DNA of 31,155 nucleotides, from positions 1 to 31,155 of IMG/VR virus record IMGVR_UViG_3300020440_000048; one strand, written 5' to 3'. Of the stretch, positions 14,330-23,546 are shown piece by piece. Within the stretch, counting starts at the first letter, position 1. Every line of letters begins with the position of its first letter. The notes beneath the pieces were generated by a model. The model searched no databases, was not told the origin of the DNA, and saw only the letters and a list, made by a program, of their open reading frames with translations. The translations under genes were made by a program, and so were the position numbers. Source of the stretch: a virus. Its lineage: Duplodnaviria > Caudoviricetes.

Positions 14330-15103
14330 ATGAGTCAACCTAACGTGTTCGACAACATGTCGGAAAGTCAAATCGACAGATTAATCAGAGATATCAAGAA
14401 TGCCCCACCACTAGACCCAGATACTACAGACCGTTTACCGTTCTATGAGTTTAAATGTACAGATGGGTCTGGTAATGTAACAAATATTATACGAGGAAAT
14501 GCAGAGACTTTGCAAGATGTGATTAACCTCTTTGAGCAGTTCGTCCAAGGTTCTGGATTTTCATGGGTCGAGTCAGAGACTATACAGTATGCTGCCCATG
14601 ATAATTGTTTTGCTGCCAATGATGAATTTGAAGATGAATACGAAAGGATGCATAGTGATATGGAATCTCAGAAGTCTTTTGACTTTGGAGAACTAGAAGC
14701 TGCAAACTATATGGCATCGATGCCCATAGATTCCTTTAATAATAAAACCCAGAAGCACGAACAGGAAATTGCAGAGGAACAATCCTATCCAGATGCAGAG
14801 GTTGGAATATCAAATGTAACTCCTATTGATAGTTCCTTTACACTTCACCCACAAGGCCCTATCAGTATTCAAGAGAATCCATATGAGAATGTAACGACTA
14901 CAGTTTCTTTTACTGGAGAAAATATTGATAGCAATCCTTCAGTCACTATCAGTAAAAATGATTCTGGAAATGAAGTAGTAGGTAAGGTTGTTCCTGTTGA
15001 TATGAAACAACCAGAATTGAAAGTACCTGTGGAAGATATTCCAGAATGGAACGACTCAGACAAGAAAGATAAGGTTGTAACTCCTAAGAATCCAATTATA
15101 TAA
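14330..15103 (+). CDS. acidic hypothetical protein
   Basis: AAGGAG RBS, 257 aa, low-complexity acidic C-terminal half. Confidence 0.8.
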   Translation: MSQPNVFDNMSESQIDRLIRDIKNAPPLDPDTTDRLPFYEFKCTDGSGNVTNIIRGNAETLQDVINLFEQFVQGSGFSWVESETIQYAAHDNCFAANDEFEDEYERMHSDMESQKSFDFGELEAANYMASMPIDSFNNKTQKHEQEIAEEQSYPDAEVGISNVTPIDSSFTLHPQGPISIQENPYENVTTTVSFTGENIDSNPSVTISKNDSGNEVVGKVVPVDMKQPELKVPVEDIPEWNDSDKKDKVVTPKNPII

Positions 15104-15114
15104 GAGAAAATATT

Positions 15115-15360
15115 ATGTCAGTAACACCTAAGTTTGATAAAACGTGGTATATAAAATGGGTTGCATCAATACTTTTATTGTTTGCAATGATGTTTCGTTC
15201 TGCACAAGTTTATCCATTCGCAGATTTAGTTCTGTCTTTTATAGGCGTTGTAGGATGGACTTGGGTAGGAGTGTTGTGGAAAGACAGAGCATTAATCGTA
15301 TTAAATGTTGCGGCTCTGATGGTGTTGGGAACTGGTATTTTAAAGTATATAGCAAACTAA
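15115..15360 (+). CDS. small three-TM membrane protein
   Basis: WYIKWVAS...WKDRALIVLN motif. Confidence 0.8.
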   Translation: MSVTPKFDKTWYIKWVASILLLFAMMFRSAQVYPFADLVLSFIGVVGWTWVGVLWKDRALIVLNVAALMVLGTGILKYIAN

Positions 15361-15382
15361 GAAGAGGGTAGAATGGTAACGA

Positions 15383-15802
15383 ATGACACAGAAACTGAAT
15401 GAACGACTTCATTGGACAACAGTAATGACAGAAAAGATAATGCTAGGTGGGATAGGTTGTCTCACAGTACTCGCTGCTTGTCTGGATGTCTATGATATAT
15501 TTTTAGAACGTAATATTGAACTTGCAGATTTGTTTCTCTTGTTCATATACACAGAAATAGTCGGCATGGTTGGTGCGTATTACATTAGTAATCGTATTCC
15601 AGTAACACTACCGATTATCATTGCCATGACTGCACTATGTAGATTGATTGTTCTACACAGTAAGGATGGTGAACCAATGACACTGATAGCAGAAGCAGGG
15701 GCGATTGCAATTCTCGCTGGTGCTGCTTATCTTATGAGTGTGAAAGATAAACTCTCTTTAGAGAAAGCGAAACTGAGAAAGGAAAGAAATGAAACTGAGT
15801 GA
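15383..15802 (+). CDS. psiE: phosphate-starvation-inducible PsiE-family membrane protein
   Basis: LADLFLLFIYTEIVGMV...RIPVTLPIIIAMTALCRLIVL signature. Confidence 0.85.
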   Translation: MTQKLNERLHWTTVMTEKIMLGGIGCLTVLAACLDVYDIFLERNIELADLFLLFIYTEIVGMVGAYYISNRIPVTLPIIIAMTALCRLIVLHSKDGEPMTLIAEAGAIAILAGAAYLMSVKDKLSLEKAKLRKERNETE

Positions 15803-15902
15803 ATTTAGAAAGAGATACGGAGAAGGTACAGACTTTGATCTGGATTGGGGAAAACTTGTTATCCTTGGTCTCTGTATTTACATTGCATTGAAAGTCACAT
15901 GA
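15789..15902 (+). CDS. 37-aa membrane peptide (not in the ORF track)
   Basis: AAGGA RBS; MKLSEFRKRYGEGTDFDLDWGKLVILGLCIYIALKVT. Confidence 0.55.
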   Translation: MKLSEFRKRYGEGTDFDLDWGKLVILGLCIYIALKVT

Positions 15903-16015
15903 AGAAAATATTATTAATAAGTATGGCATTGGGTCTGGGATTTTGTCATCCAGTAAATGCTGGAGATTGGACAACAAAACCAGTGATGTGTGGAACTATG
16001 GAAGAAACACAATAG
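15899..16015 (+). pseudogene. possibly truncated exported protein
   Basis: full signal peptide MKKILLISMALGLGFCHPVNA followed by only 17 residues. Confidence 0.35.
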
Positions 16016-16059
16016 TGAGCGGCCGATCGGATCTTTCGGATAATTTAACGGAGAAAGGT

Positions 16060-16287
16060 ATGAGTGAAGACAGTCGAATAATCTTTCTAACTGACCTCAT
16101 TGACACTAAGGTACGGAAAGAAAAAGAGATAGATTATTATGAGAAACAACTTATAGAGATAGAGAAGAAACTTTTCTATCTCCGTAAGGAACAAGACTTA
16201 ACCAAAACTATTCTTGGTCTTATAGAGAGTGAGAAGATTATAGACTTACGAGAATATATTTTGGAGCATAAGCCGAATGATAAATAG
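16060..16287 (+). CDS. hypothetical coiled-coil protein
   Basis: GGAG/AAGG RBS before the ATG at 16060. Confidence 0.7.
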   Translation: MSEDSRIIFLTDLIDTKVRKEKEIDYYEKQLIEIEKKLFYLRKEQDLTKTILGLIESEKIIDLREYILEHKPNDK

Positions 16288-16309
16288 TAGCTAAAAAGGT
16301 TAATTCTTT

Positions 16310-18316
16310 ATGGCGCAGTTTACGATAGGGCCAGTACAACAAGTCAGTGATTTGTATGGATTTACACTTCCTTCGAATTTTGTAGTTGACAATAGTACTA
16401 CTCCACCAACATTAGTATACTCTCAGTCAGTACTGGCCGTAAATAGTACTGATGTACAAACGGCTGTTGCGAGTGGACTACGAGTAAATATGATTGGAGT
16501 TTCCCCAGAACAATTACGAGGGAAAAGAATCCAAAGTATTGGTAATGGTGCTATAGTTACTGATAGGGCTGTCGAAACGATTAATAGTGCAGTTGCAGCT
16601 GGGGCGCCTGGGTCTGAAGCAGATTTGGTTGGAGACATGTTAGTATTCTCTGACATTGATTCTGATGCAGACACACCACAAGAACCTGCTGGAGCTGGGG
16701 CATCTGGAGATGCTGGGTCGAGTCAAGTTCTTGCCTTTTGTGTTTTCCCACCCATGAGTTATTTTAGAACTCTTGCAACAGCAGGAAAAGGTATACCAAG
16801 GATTGATAGTTTCCTACAGTTCACAACAACATACGCAGCTGCTGTTGAACGACAAACCTATATAAAACAGAATTTTGGTGTTGTTGGGAGAATTATACCC
16901 ATCGCCATCGAGCTAGCACAAGGAGCAGATATAGAAGTGGATATTACCTTACTTAAACAATTTAGTAGTAGTGTTGGTGCTGGTGGTGATACTGGTGCTG
17001 TTATCCAAGTTGATAATACTCTCACATCACCTACTCTATATAAGACTGCTAAGTTAGAATCAAAAAACATTATAGAGAGTGCAGTTCAGAATCTGTTTTT
17101 TACGCAAGGAAGAGTTGAGTCTGCACTTATCGGAAACCATTTCAGTGTTCCTACTGCAACCAGTGGAGATAACTCTGGTCTTATTGCAAATACTCAATTC
17201 GTACAAAACGCAGTATCAGATTTAGTAGACAGTGCCCCGAACACATTAAATACATTGAATGAACTAGCAGCTTCATTGGGAGATGACGCAAACTTTGCTA
17301 CAACAACAGCAACAAATTTAGGAAACCTTCGTACTACTATTACGACAGAAGCAGATGGTTCGTTCTCTACATATACGTCTACCAATTATATTAATTCAGC
17401 AACATCGATAAAAGATGCTGATGTAAAGTTAGATGCACAAATTAAATCAGTTGCAGATAATCTTGCAGTTGCAAATTCAAATCATCAGGCACTCCAAACA
17501 CTGGTTGGTGTTGTTCCTACAACGTCAAACTTCCTAGAGTCTAATTCTACATTTGGAAGACAACTAGAATTATTAGATGCACAGTTACAAACGGTAACAA
17601 ACAATTCTTCATCTGGTGGTCAGGCTGCAACTTTACAAGATATAACAAATGTAGAAACTTCCATCAATACGGTTGAGGCTTCTATTGGATTGGGTACTGA
17701 TGGGTCATACACATCACCATCAACAGTTACTGCTGGTAGTCATGTATCAACTGATAGTATCTATTCTCATCCAGCAAATCATGATGTTGGGAATAGTGCA
17801 AATTATAATACAAATATTATAAACAATTTAGTAGCCGTAGATACGGTAGTTCACAATCTCTTTACTGCAATTGGTACAGACCAAAAGGCTGGCGAACTTA
17901 CAGGAGTTGATGCTGGTAATTATACTGCAAGTAATGTATTGAAGACGGCTCTTTTAAATCTTGATTCGCAAGTAAAAACAAATACAGATGCAATATCTGT
18001 TTTAAGTAATGCTGGTGGATGGAATACTTCATCAATGATATCATCAGCTGATTCAATAAATACTGCAACAGGTTATTATAACACTTACTCGCATCCTCTG
18101 TTTGTTAGTGGTCGAACAAATAGTACAAGTCCACAACCAATAGAAATAAAAAGAACAAGTGATAATGCGTCACTAGGCAGTGTAGGAAACGTATTACAGC
18201 AAGATGGAGATTCAGGCACATACGATTTTTTTGCAGTAATATTACCGCCTGGATATTCACTACAAAGCTCATCCTCCTTTTCGGTTGAGTTTGCAATACC
18301 ATTAATATTAAACTAA
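16310..18316 (+). CDS. virion structural / tail-fibre-like protein
   Basis: 668 aa, Thr/Ser/Asn-rich; IANTQFVQNAVSDLVDSAPNTLNTLNELAASLGDDANFATT fibre motif; repeated LDAQ(I/L/V) segments; late-like ATAAATA upstream. Confidence 0.8.
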   Translation: MAQFTIGPVQQVSDLYGFTLPSNFVVDNSTTPPTLVYSQSVLAVNSTDVQTAVASGLRVNMIGVSPEQLRGKRIQSIGNGAIVTDRAVETINSAVAAGAPGSEADLVGDMLVFSDIDSDADTPQEPAGAGASGDAGSSQVLAFCVFPPMSYFRTLATAGKGIPRIDSFLQFTTTYAAAVERQTYIKQNFGVVGRIIPIAIELAQGADIEVDITLLKQFSSSVGAGGDTGAVIQVDNTLTSPTLYKTAKLESKNIIESAVQNLFFTQGRVESALIGNHFSVPTATSGDNSGLIANTQFVQNAVSDLVDSAPNTLNTLNELAASLGDDANFATTTATNLGNLRTTITTEADGSFSTYTSTNYINSATSIKDADVKLDAQIKSVADNLAVANSNHQALQTLVGVVPTTSNFLESNSTFGRQLELLDAQLQTVTNNSSSGGQAATLQDITNVETSINTVEASIGLGTDGSYTSPSTVTAGSHVSTDSIYSHPANHDVGNSANYNTNIINNLVAVDTVVHNLFTAIGTDQKAGELTGVDAGNYTASNVLKTALLNLDSQVKTNTDAISVLSNAGGWNTSSMISSADSINTATGYYNTYSHPLFVSGRTNSTSPQPIEIKRTSDNASLGSVGNVLQQDGDSGTYDFFAVILPPGYSLQSSSSFSVEFAIPLILN

Positions 18317-18328
18317 AAAGGAAAAGTA

Positions 18329-19162
18329 ATGGATTTTAATTTTACAAAACAACAGGCTGAAGCAATTCTTCACAACGATGAAGTTGGTGAATGGTATGAT
18401 TCGATGATGAAGATGTTTCCTCAGTACGAAATAACAAGTCAAAGAAGAGTTGCTGGGTTTCTTGCCCAGACAGCACACGAAAGTAATAGTTATAAAGTTT
18501 TATCAGAAAACTTGAATTATTCTTCCACAGCATTGAATAAAATATTCGGTAAATATTTCCAAAGAGCTGGTCGAGATGCTCAACAATACCATCGTCAACC
18601 AGAAAAGATTGCAAATGTAATTTATGCAAGTCGAATGAATAATGGAGATACAAACTCTGGCGATGGATGGAAATTTAGAGGTGGTGGAATCTTACAACTT
18701 ACTGGCAGATATAATTATACACAATTTGGTAAGAGTGTAAATATGACTGCTGAAGCTGCAACTGATTATGTCAGAACTAAAGACGGTGCAATTGAAAGTG
18801 CATGTTGGTTCTGGAAGACAAATAATATTAATCAGTATTGTGATGACAACGATATTTTGGCAATGACAAAGAGAATCAATGGTGGAACTATTGGTCTTGC
18901 TGACAGAACCAAACATTACAAACACGCTCTTCATGTTCTTGGAGAAGATTGGGATGGTGATGAACTTCAAGCCCAATTCGGTATTCTCAGAAAAGGTTCT
19001 AAAGGACAGGGTGTAAAAGAAATGCAAGAAGCTCTTGGTATTACAGCTGATGGCATATTTGGTGCTGGAACAGAAGCATCATTAAAAGACTGGCAACGTG
19101 AGAATCATCTTGTAGCAGATGGTGTCGCAGGGCCGAAAACATTAGGTATATTACTAGATTAA
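18329..19162 (+). CDS. glycoside hydrolase family 19 endolysin with C-terminal peptidoglycan-binding domain
   Basis: FLAQTAHES, ENLNYS, GDGWKFRGGGILQLTGRYNY, TKRINGG; ADGIFG/ADGVAGPKT PG-binding repeats. Confidence 0.92.
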   Translation: MDFNFTKQQAEAILHNDEVGEWYDSMMKMFPQYEITSQRRVAGFLAQTAHESNSYKVLSENLNYSSTALNKIFGKYFQRAGRDAQQYHRQPEKIANVIYASRMNNGDTNSGDGWKFRGGGILQLTGRYNYTQFGKSVNMTAEAATDYVRTKDGAIESACWFWKTNNINQYCDDNDILAMTKRINGGTIGLADRTKHYKHALHVLGEDWDGDELQAQFGILRKGSKGQGVKEMQEALGITADGIFGAGTEASLKDWQRENHLVADGVAGPKTLGILLD

Positions 19163-19179
19163 GAGAGAAAGGGATGTGA

Positions 19180-19710
19180 ATGTTTTTGCGATTGGTTTTG
19201 GTGGCAATTTTTATAATATTGCCATACAAAGTATTATCAGATGTACTTCATCATGATACTTTGAGAATTATTCAATGGTTGACAGACAACAGTAAATACG
19301 AATGGAATGGAGAAGAACTCCCAGAAATAAAATTTGAAGACACAGAAGTTATGTGTGAAATATTGTTTGCAGAACCACCAATCCCCTGTGATATTGGTGG
19401 TTATTATAATGACGATACTAATCAAATTTTTATTGCAAATGAACCTACAAGACATATGGTCGAAGAAGGATATGTAGAATCTGTACTAGTACATGAATTG
19501 GTTCATTACTTACAATTTGCAAACGGAGAATACGAAGTTGTTAAGTGCAATAGAGAATTAGAAAGAGATGCGTTTGATTTGCAAGATGAATACGTTACAG
19601 AATTTGGATTACCAGAAGAACATCTGAATGATCCTTTATTCGCATTAATGGTAAGCTCTTGTGATACACATATGCATACTTCTGATACATTTCCCAATAG
19701 TGGAAACTAA
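19180..19710 (+). CDS. exported putative zinc metallopeptidase
   Basis: signal peptide; LVHELVHYLQ (HExxH) and a downstream E..A. Confidence 0.75.
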   Translation: MFLRLVLVAIFIILPYKVLSDVLHHDTLRIIQWLTDNSKYEWNGEELPEIKFEDTEVMCEILFAEPPIPCDIGGYYNDDTNQIFIANEPTRHMVEEGYVESVLVHELVHYLQFANGEYEVVKCNRELERDAFDLQDEYVTEFGLPEEHLNDPLFALMVSSCDTHMHTSDTFPNSGN

Positions 19711-19731
19711 CATAAAATATAGGAGAAAAAA

Positions 19732-19965
19732 GTGAATGATAATGAAGATTTAGTGAAAGAACTAACAAAGGAAGATATCCTTGAGGTATTGGATAATATA
19801 ACTGCAATAGAACTTGTGAATGGGGATGATAACATAGTAGAGTTTGGTTGTAGAAATGTAGGTAGTCATCATTTTAGGATTAAACAGTACTGGACTGAGG
19901 ATAATGTACCACAACAGTGCCTACAACTAGTATTTAATCCAAAAAAATATCAGGAAAAGGCTTGA
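19732..19965 (+). CDS. hypothetical protein
   Basis: AGGAG RBS, GTG start. Confidence 0.7.
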   Translation: MNDNEDLVKELTKEDILEVLDNITAIELVNGDDNIVEFGCRNVGSHHFRIKQYWTEDNVPQQCLQLVFNPKKYQEKA

Positions 19966-19993
19966 CATCTGCCACCAATTATGGGATCATGAT
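19960..19993 (+). promoter_or_regulatory. sigma70-like early promoter
   Basis: GCTTGACA with a degenerate -10. Confidence 0.5.
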
Positions 19994-20019
19994 CTTGTAA
20001 TTGGTGGTTAGGATATATA

Positions 20020-20454
20020 ATGACTAATGTGATTGAAGTTCGTGGTGGAAACGCTCGAGAGAGAAAAATTGTCGAAGACGTTTCCAGCTGGTGTGTTCGT
20101 GAATTACTCCCCAAATTTCGTACTCTAGACATCCAGATTGAGATGACTAATTGTATGAAAGATGGTGCATATGGATATGCATTGGATCATGATGACCGTA
20201 ATGTATTTGAACTTGAGATTGCTCGTGGTCTTAAATTATTCGATTTAATCACCACTGTTTGTCACGAAATGGTTCATGTCAAACAATATGCACGAAAAGA
20301 ACTTACTTGTGTTGGTGTTCAATCCAGATGGAAGGGCGAGTCTGTTGGAAGTAGAGTCCAATACCACAATCTTCCTTGGGAAAAGGAAGCATTCAAACTC
20401 CAAGATGTTCTTGCTGTAAAGTGTTTAAAAGATATATATTCGGACGAATATTGA
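20020..20454 (+). CDS. putative zinc metallopeptidase
   Basis: TVCHEMVHVKQY and PWEKEA motifs. Confidence 0.8.
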   Translation: MTNVIEVRGGNARERKIVEDVSSWCVRELLPKFRTLDIQIEMTNCMKDGAYGYALDHDDRNVFELEIARGLKLFDLITTVCHEMVHVKQYARKELTCVGVQSRWKGESVGSRVQYHNLPWEKEAFKLQDVLAVKCLKDIYSDEY

Positions 20455-20467
20455 TAGGAGAAAAAAA

Positions 20468-20692
20468 TTGGATACAGAATTTAAAAGATTCATATACGAT
20501 ATGTGGCAAGAAAATTGTAGTGAAAGAGAATACTATGGTGGTGTTCCCTACGATCACGAAGATAAATATTATAAAGATAATAAAGACTTTGTTGATAATG
20601 CATGGTTTAATGATATCCATAAACGACAACAACAACTCTCATCGCACAATCAAGAAGGTGGAAGTTTTACTCATATGATAAAGGAGAAATAA
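20468..20692 (+). CDS. hypothetical protein
   Basis: AGGAG RBS, TTG start. Confidence 0.7.
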   Translation: MDTEFKRFIYDMWQENCSEREYYGGVPYDHEDKYYKDNKDFVDNAWFNDIHKRQQQLSSHNQEGGSFTHMIKEK

Positions 20693-21255
20693 TGAAAACT
20701 AAAAGTTTAATTATAGGTACTGGTATATTAATATTATCTGTATTCTGTAGCGCCCCAGTGGCTGCTGAAAGTGTACAAGCAAAAGTAATATCCAAACAAC
20801 CATTGTATACAGCAAATACTGTTCGTCAACCAAAAACGGTGTGTTCTCAAGAACCAGTTTTTATTGCTCGTGGTAATGGTCACGGTTATTATGAACGTGG
20901 ATTTATTGATAGTGTTGGTCGAGGAATATTTGGTAGTACTCAAGGATTGGTTGGTGCGACAGTAGGTGGACTTATTGGTAATGAAATAGGTCAAGGTCGA
21001 GGTCGAGACATCGCAACTACGGTTGGAGTAATATTGGGGTCGCAGATTGGAAACAATCATGCACAATCTCAGAGAAATAACAATCCCATCACAAAGAATG
21101 TTTGTCGAACAGTTTATGAATATGTAAATGTCACAAACACTAATGGATGGAGAGTAGTCGCTGAAGTTAATGGACGTTTAGTTGAACTAACTACACCATA
21201 CGAACCTTCTGATTATATCATGTTAAACGTACAAACATCCTACAGCTATAATTAA
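20692..21255 (+). CDS. exported glycine-zipper 2TM-domain protein
   Basis: signal peptide; GATVGGLIGNEIGQGRGRDIATTVGVILGSQIG. Confidence 0.85.
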   Translation: MKTKSLIIGTGILILSVFCSAPVAAESVQAKVISKQPLYTANTVRQPKTVCSQEPVFIARGNGHGYYERGFIDSVGRGIFGSTQGLVGATVGGLIGNEIGQGRGRDIATTVGVILGSQIGNNHAQSQRNNNPITKNVCRTVYEYVNVTNTNGWRVVAEVNGRLVELTTPYEPSDYIMLNVQTSYSYN

Positions 21256-21270
21256 TATTATTTGGAGAAG

Positions 21271-21300
21271 AACCCAGAATCTGATATTCTGGGTTTTTTT
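21271..21300 (+). terminator. intrinsic terminator
   Basis: AACCCAGAAT/ATTCTGGGTT stem followed by a T-run. Confidence 0.85.
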
Positions 21301-21343
21301 AGGCCCTAAATAAAAATGTAAGGAATAAATTATAGAGGATAGT

Positions 21344-22126
21344 GTGACTATATTACGAGAAGAATTTCAAAAATATTCGTCTATTGATTCTACATCTACA
21401 TATAACAAGTTAGTTGCTAAACAACTGGCATTGTTTTGTGCATTGGTATATCGAACAGACGATAAAAAATTTGTAGAAAATGTTCTGCTCCATTGGGGTT
21501 GTCAAAGAGTAAAACTATTTGACAATGAAGGCACAGAAGCTATGTGCATAAAAAAGGACAATAATATTATTCTTTCTTTCAGAGGAACAGAACCCAACGA
21601 ACTTTCAGATATCTTAGCAGATATTAATATTATTCCCAAAAAAGCTGCAAATGAAAAACAAGGTCTAGTGCATAGTGGATTTGCAGAGGCCTTAGATAAG
21701 ATTTGGCCTAATGTACAAACTTTTCTTGATAGTATATACGAAGATGGAAACTGTATATACATATGTGGTCACAGTTTAGGTGGTGCATTGGCAATGGTTG
21801 CAGCTGCGAGGTCTAAGTATATTTGCCAAGTATATACATATGGACAACCAAGAGTTGGAAGCACAAAGTACTCAAAAAATATAAAGTCTAAAATGTATCG
21901 TCATATAAGAGGTTGTGATATAGTTCCAAGTGTACCATTCCCTATTATATATCATCATACAGGCGACATAAAAGTTGTTGACAAGCACACTAAAATAGTG
22001 TATGATGTACACGATTATGTGCGTTTAGGCGGTATAAGATTTTTACAATTTATAAGGAATATAATATCACCATCAAAATATGTTGGTGACCACGATATAC
22101 TTGGATACTATAGCGATATTAATTAG
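21344..22126 (+). CDS. class 3 lipase (alpha/beta hydrolase)
   Basis: SFRGTE, VHSGF, GHSLGGALA, YTYGQPRVG, DIVPSVP, C-terminal DH. Confidence 0.9.
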   Translation: MTILREEFQKYSSIDSTSTYNKLVAKQLALFCALVYRTDDKKFVENVLLHWGCQRVKLFDNEGTEAMCIKKDNNIILSFRGTEPNELSDILADINIIPKKAANEKQGLVHSGFAEALDKIWPNVQTFLDSIYEDGNCIYICGHSLGGALAMVAAARSKYICQVYTYGQPRVGSTKYSKNIKSKMYRHIRGCDIVPSVPFPIIYHHTGDIKVVDKHTKIVYDVHDYVRLGGIRFLQFIRNIISPSKYVGDHDILGYYSDIN

Positions 22127-22134
22127 GATATAAC

Positions 22135-22392
22135 ATGCCAACTTACACTTACTCATGTAAAAGTTGTAATCATGCCTTTGAAGAGTTTCATAGCATGGAC
22201 AACAGAAAAACACCAGAATCACTTCCATGCCCAAACTGTGGTGCAATAGAAGTGTCCCAGACAATCAACAAAATCACAATCGGAGATTCCGTAAATCTGG
22301 GTATACGGAAACTACCACCAGCATTTAAGGAGAGGTTATCAGAGATAAAAAGTAATTCGCCAGGCTCTGTTATGAAAACAGAATTTAATTAA
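22135..22392 (+). CDS. FmdB-family zinc-ribbon protein
   Basis: MPTYTYSCKSC...CPNCG. Confidence 0.85.
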   Translation: MPTYTYSCKSCNHAFEEFHSMDNRKTPESLPCPNCGAIEVSQTINKITIGDSVNLGIRKLPPAFKERLSEIKSNSPGSVMKTEFN

Positions 22393-22470
22393 AAAAACCA
22401 AGTTGAATTGAATACCTCTGTTATGGTTGATTATGAAAATGGTTACAACAATAACAACGAGGTAATTCAT

Positions 22471-23184
22471 ATGGGTAGGCAAAGAACAGTTGCTAAGAAA
22501 AGAGCACAATTTTCACATAACGAAGCTCATTTTAAATTAGATGGAATTATTCCATTAAACCATAATCAAGAAAAAACTTTCAGACATTACGAAGAAGGAC
22601 AACATCTATTTCTTCATGGAGTAGCAGGAACAGGAAAAACATATATTTCTTGTTATTTAGCCATGACAGATTTGATGAAACCCAGACCAATATATAAAAA
22701 CCTAACATTGGTCAGAAGTGCAGTTCCCACAAGAGATATCGGTCACTTGCCTGGGGATGAAACTGAGAAAGCTGAAATTTTTGAAACTCCATACAAATCA
22801 ATATTTACAGATCTTTTTAGAAGAGGTGATGCATATTCCCTTCTTAGAAAGAAGTCTGTTATTGATTTTAAAACGACATCCTATGTTCGTGGAATTACTC
22901 TTGATAATACTATTGTCATTGTTGATGAGTGTCAGAATCTTTCATTCCACGAATTAGATTCTATAATCACAAGAGTCGGTGATAACTGTAAGATAATTTT
23001 TTGTGGAGATATTCGTCAGTCAGACTTCACAAAGACTACAGATAAAAATGGAATAAATACCTTTGTCGATATCATAAAGAATATTCCAGAAATATCCTTT
23101 ATTGAATTTCTTCCAGAAGATATTGTTAGAAGTGATTTCGTCAAAACTTATATTCTAGAAAAATTAAAAAGGGACATCAACTAA
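22471..23184 (+). CDS. phoH: PhoH-family ATPase
   Basis: GVAGTGKT, RSAVPTRDIGHLPG, RGITLD, VDECQN, CGDIRQSD, DIVRS; start reassigned after GAGG. Confidence 0.92.
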   Translation: MGRQRTVAKKRAQFSHNEAHFKLDGIIPLNHNQEKTFRHYEEGQHLFLHGVAGTGKTYISCYLAMTDLMKPRPIYKNLTLVRSAVPTRDIGHLPGDETEKAEIFETPYKSIFTDLFRRGDAYSLLRKKSVIDFKTTSYVRGITLDNTIVIVDECQNLSFHELDSIITRVGDNCKIIFCGDIRQSDFTKTTDKNGINTFVDIIKNIPEISFIEFLPEDIVRSDFVKTYILEKLKRDIN

Positions 23185-23189
23185 ATGTC

Positions 23190-23546
23190 ATGTCTGAGTT
23201 AATAGAAAATAATAATGTAATAGACGCTAGGCCCCTCTTCAAAGTGAGGAGAGATTCTAGGGTAAGCACGCTCGATGAGTTAGAGACTATACTTGAGGCT
23301 GAAGAGTTGTGCGAAGAGGTATGTATGTCTATTACTGATGATATTGTTCATGTAGTACAAGAATTTGGATTTGATTTATCGAATAAAAAATTAGTAGATG
23401 ATATTAGTTTTATAAATATTCTGGTAAGAGCGGTAATCGATAGACAGTTAAAACTCGAAAATCCACTGATAGAAGACATAGACCGAGCAATAATATTTTT
23501 AAAAGATATTGCTAAACAGCTTGAGGAAAACGATGATAACATTTGA
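23190..23546 (+). CDS. acidic hypothetical protein
   Basis: 118-aa ORF within an operon. Confidence 0.7.
   Translation: MSELIENNNVIDARPLFKVRRDSRVSTLDELETILEAEELCEEVCMSITDDIVHVVQEFGFDLSNKKLVDDISFINILVRAVIDRQLKLENPLIEDIDRAIIFLKDIAKQLEENDDNI

Noticed and set aside
16270-16300. SAM-II riboswitch-like 3' segment ATAAATAGTAGCTAAAAAGG
   Set aside because: No matching 5' stem or UGAUUU loop upstream, which is coding sequence; better explained as a late-promoter-like ATAAATA
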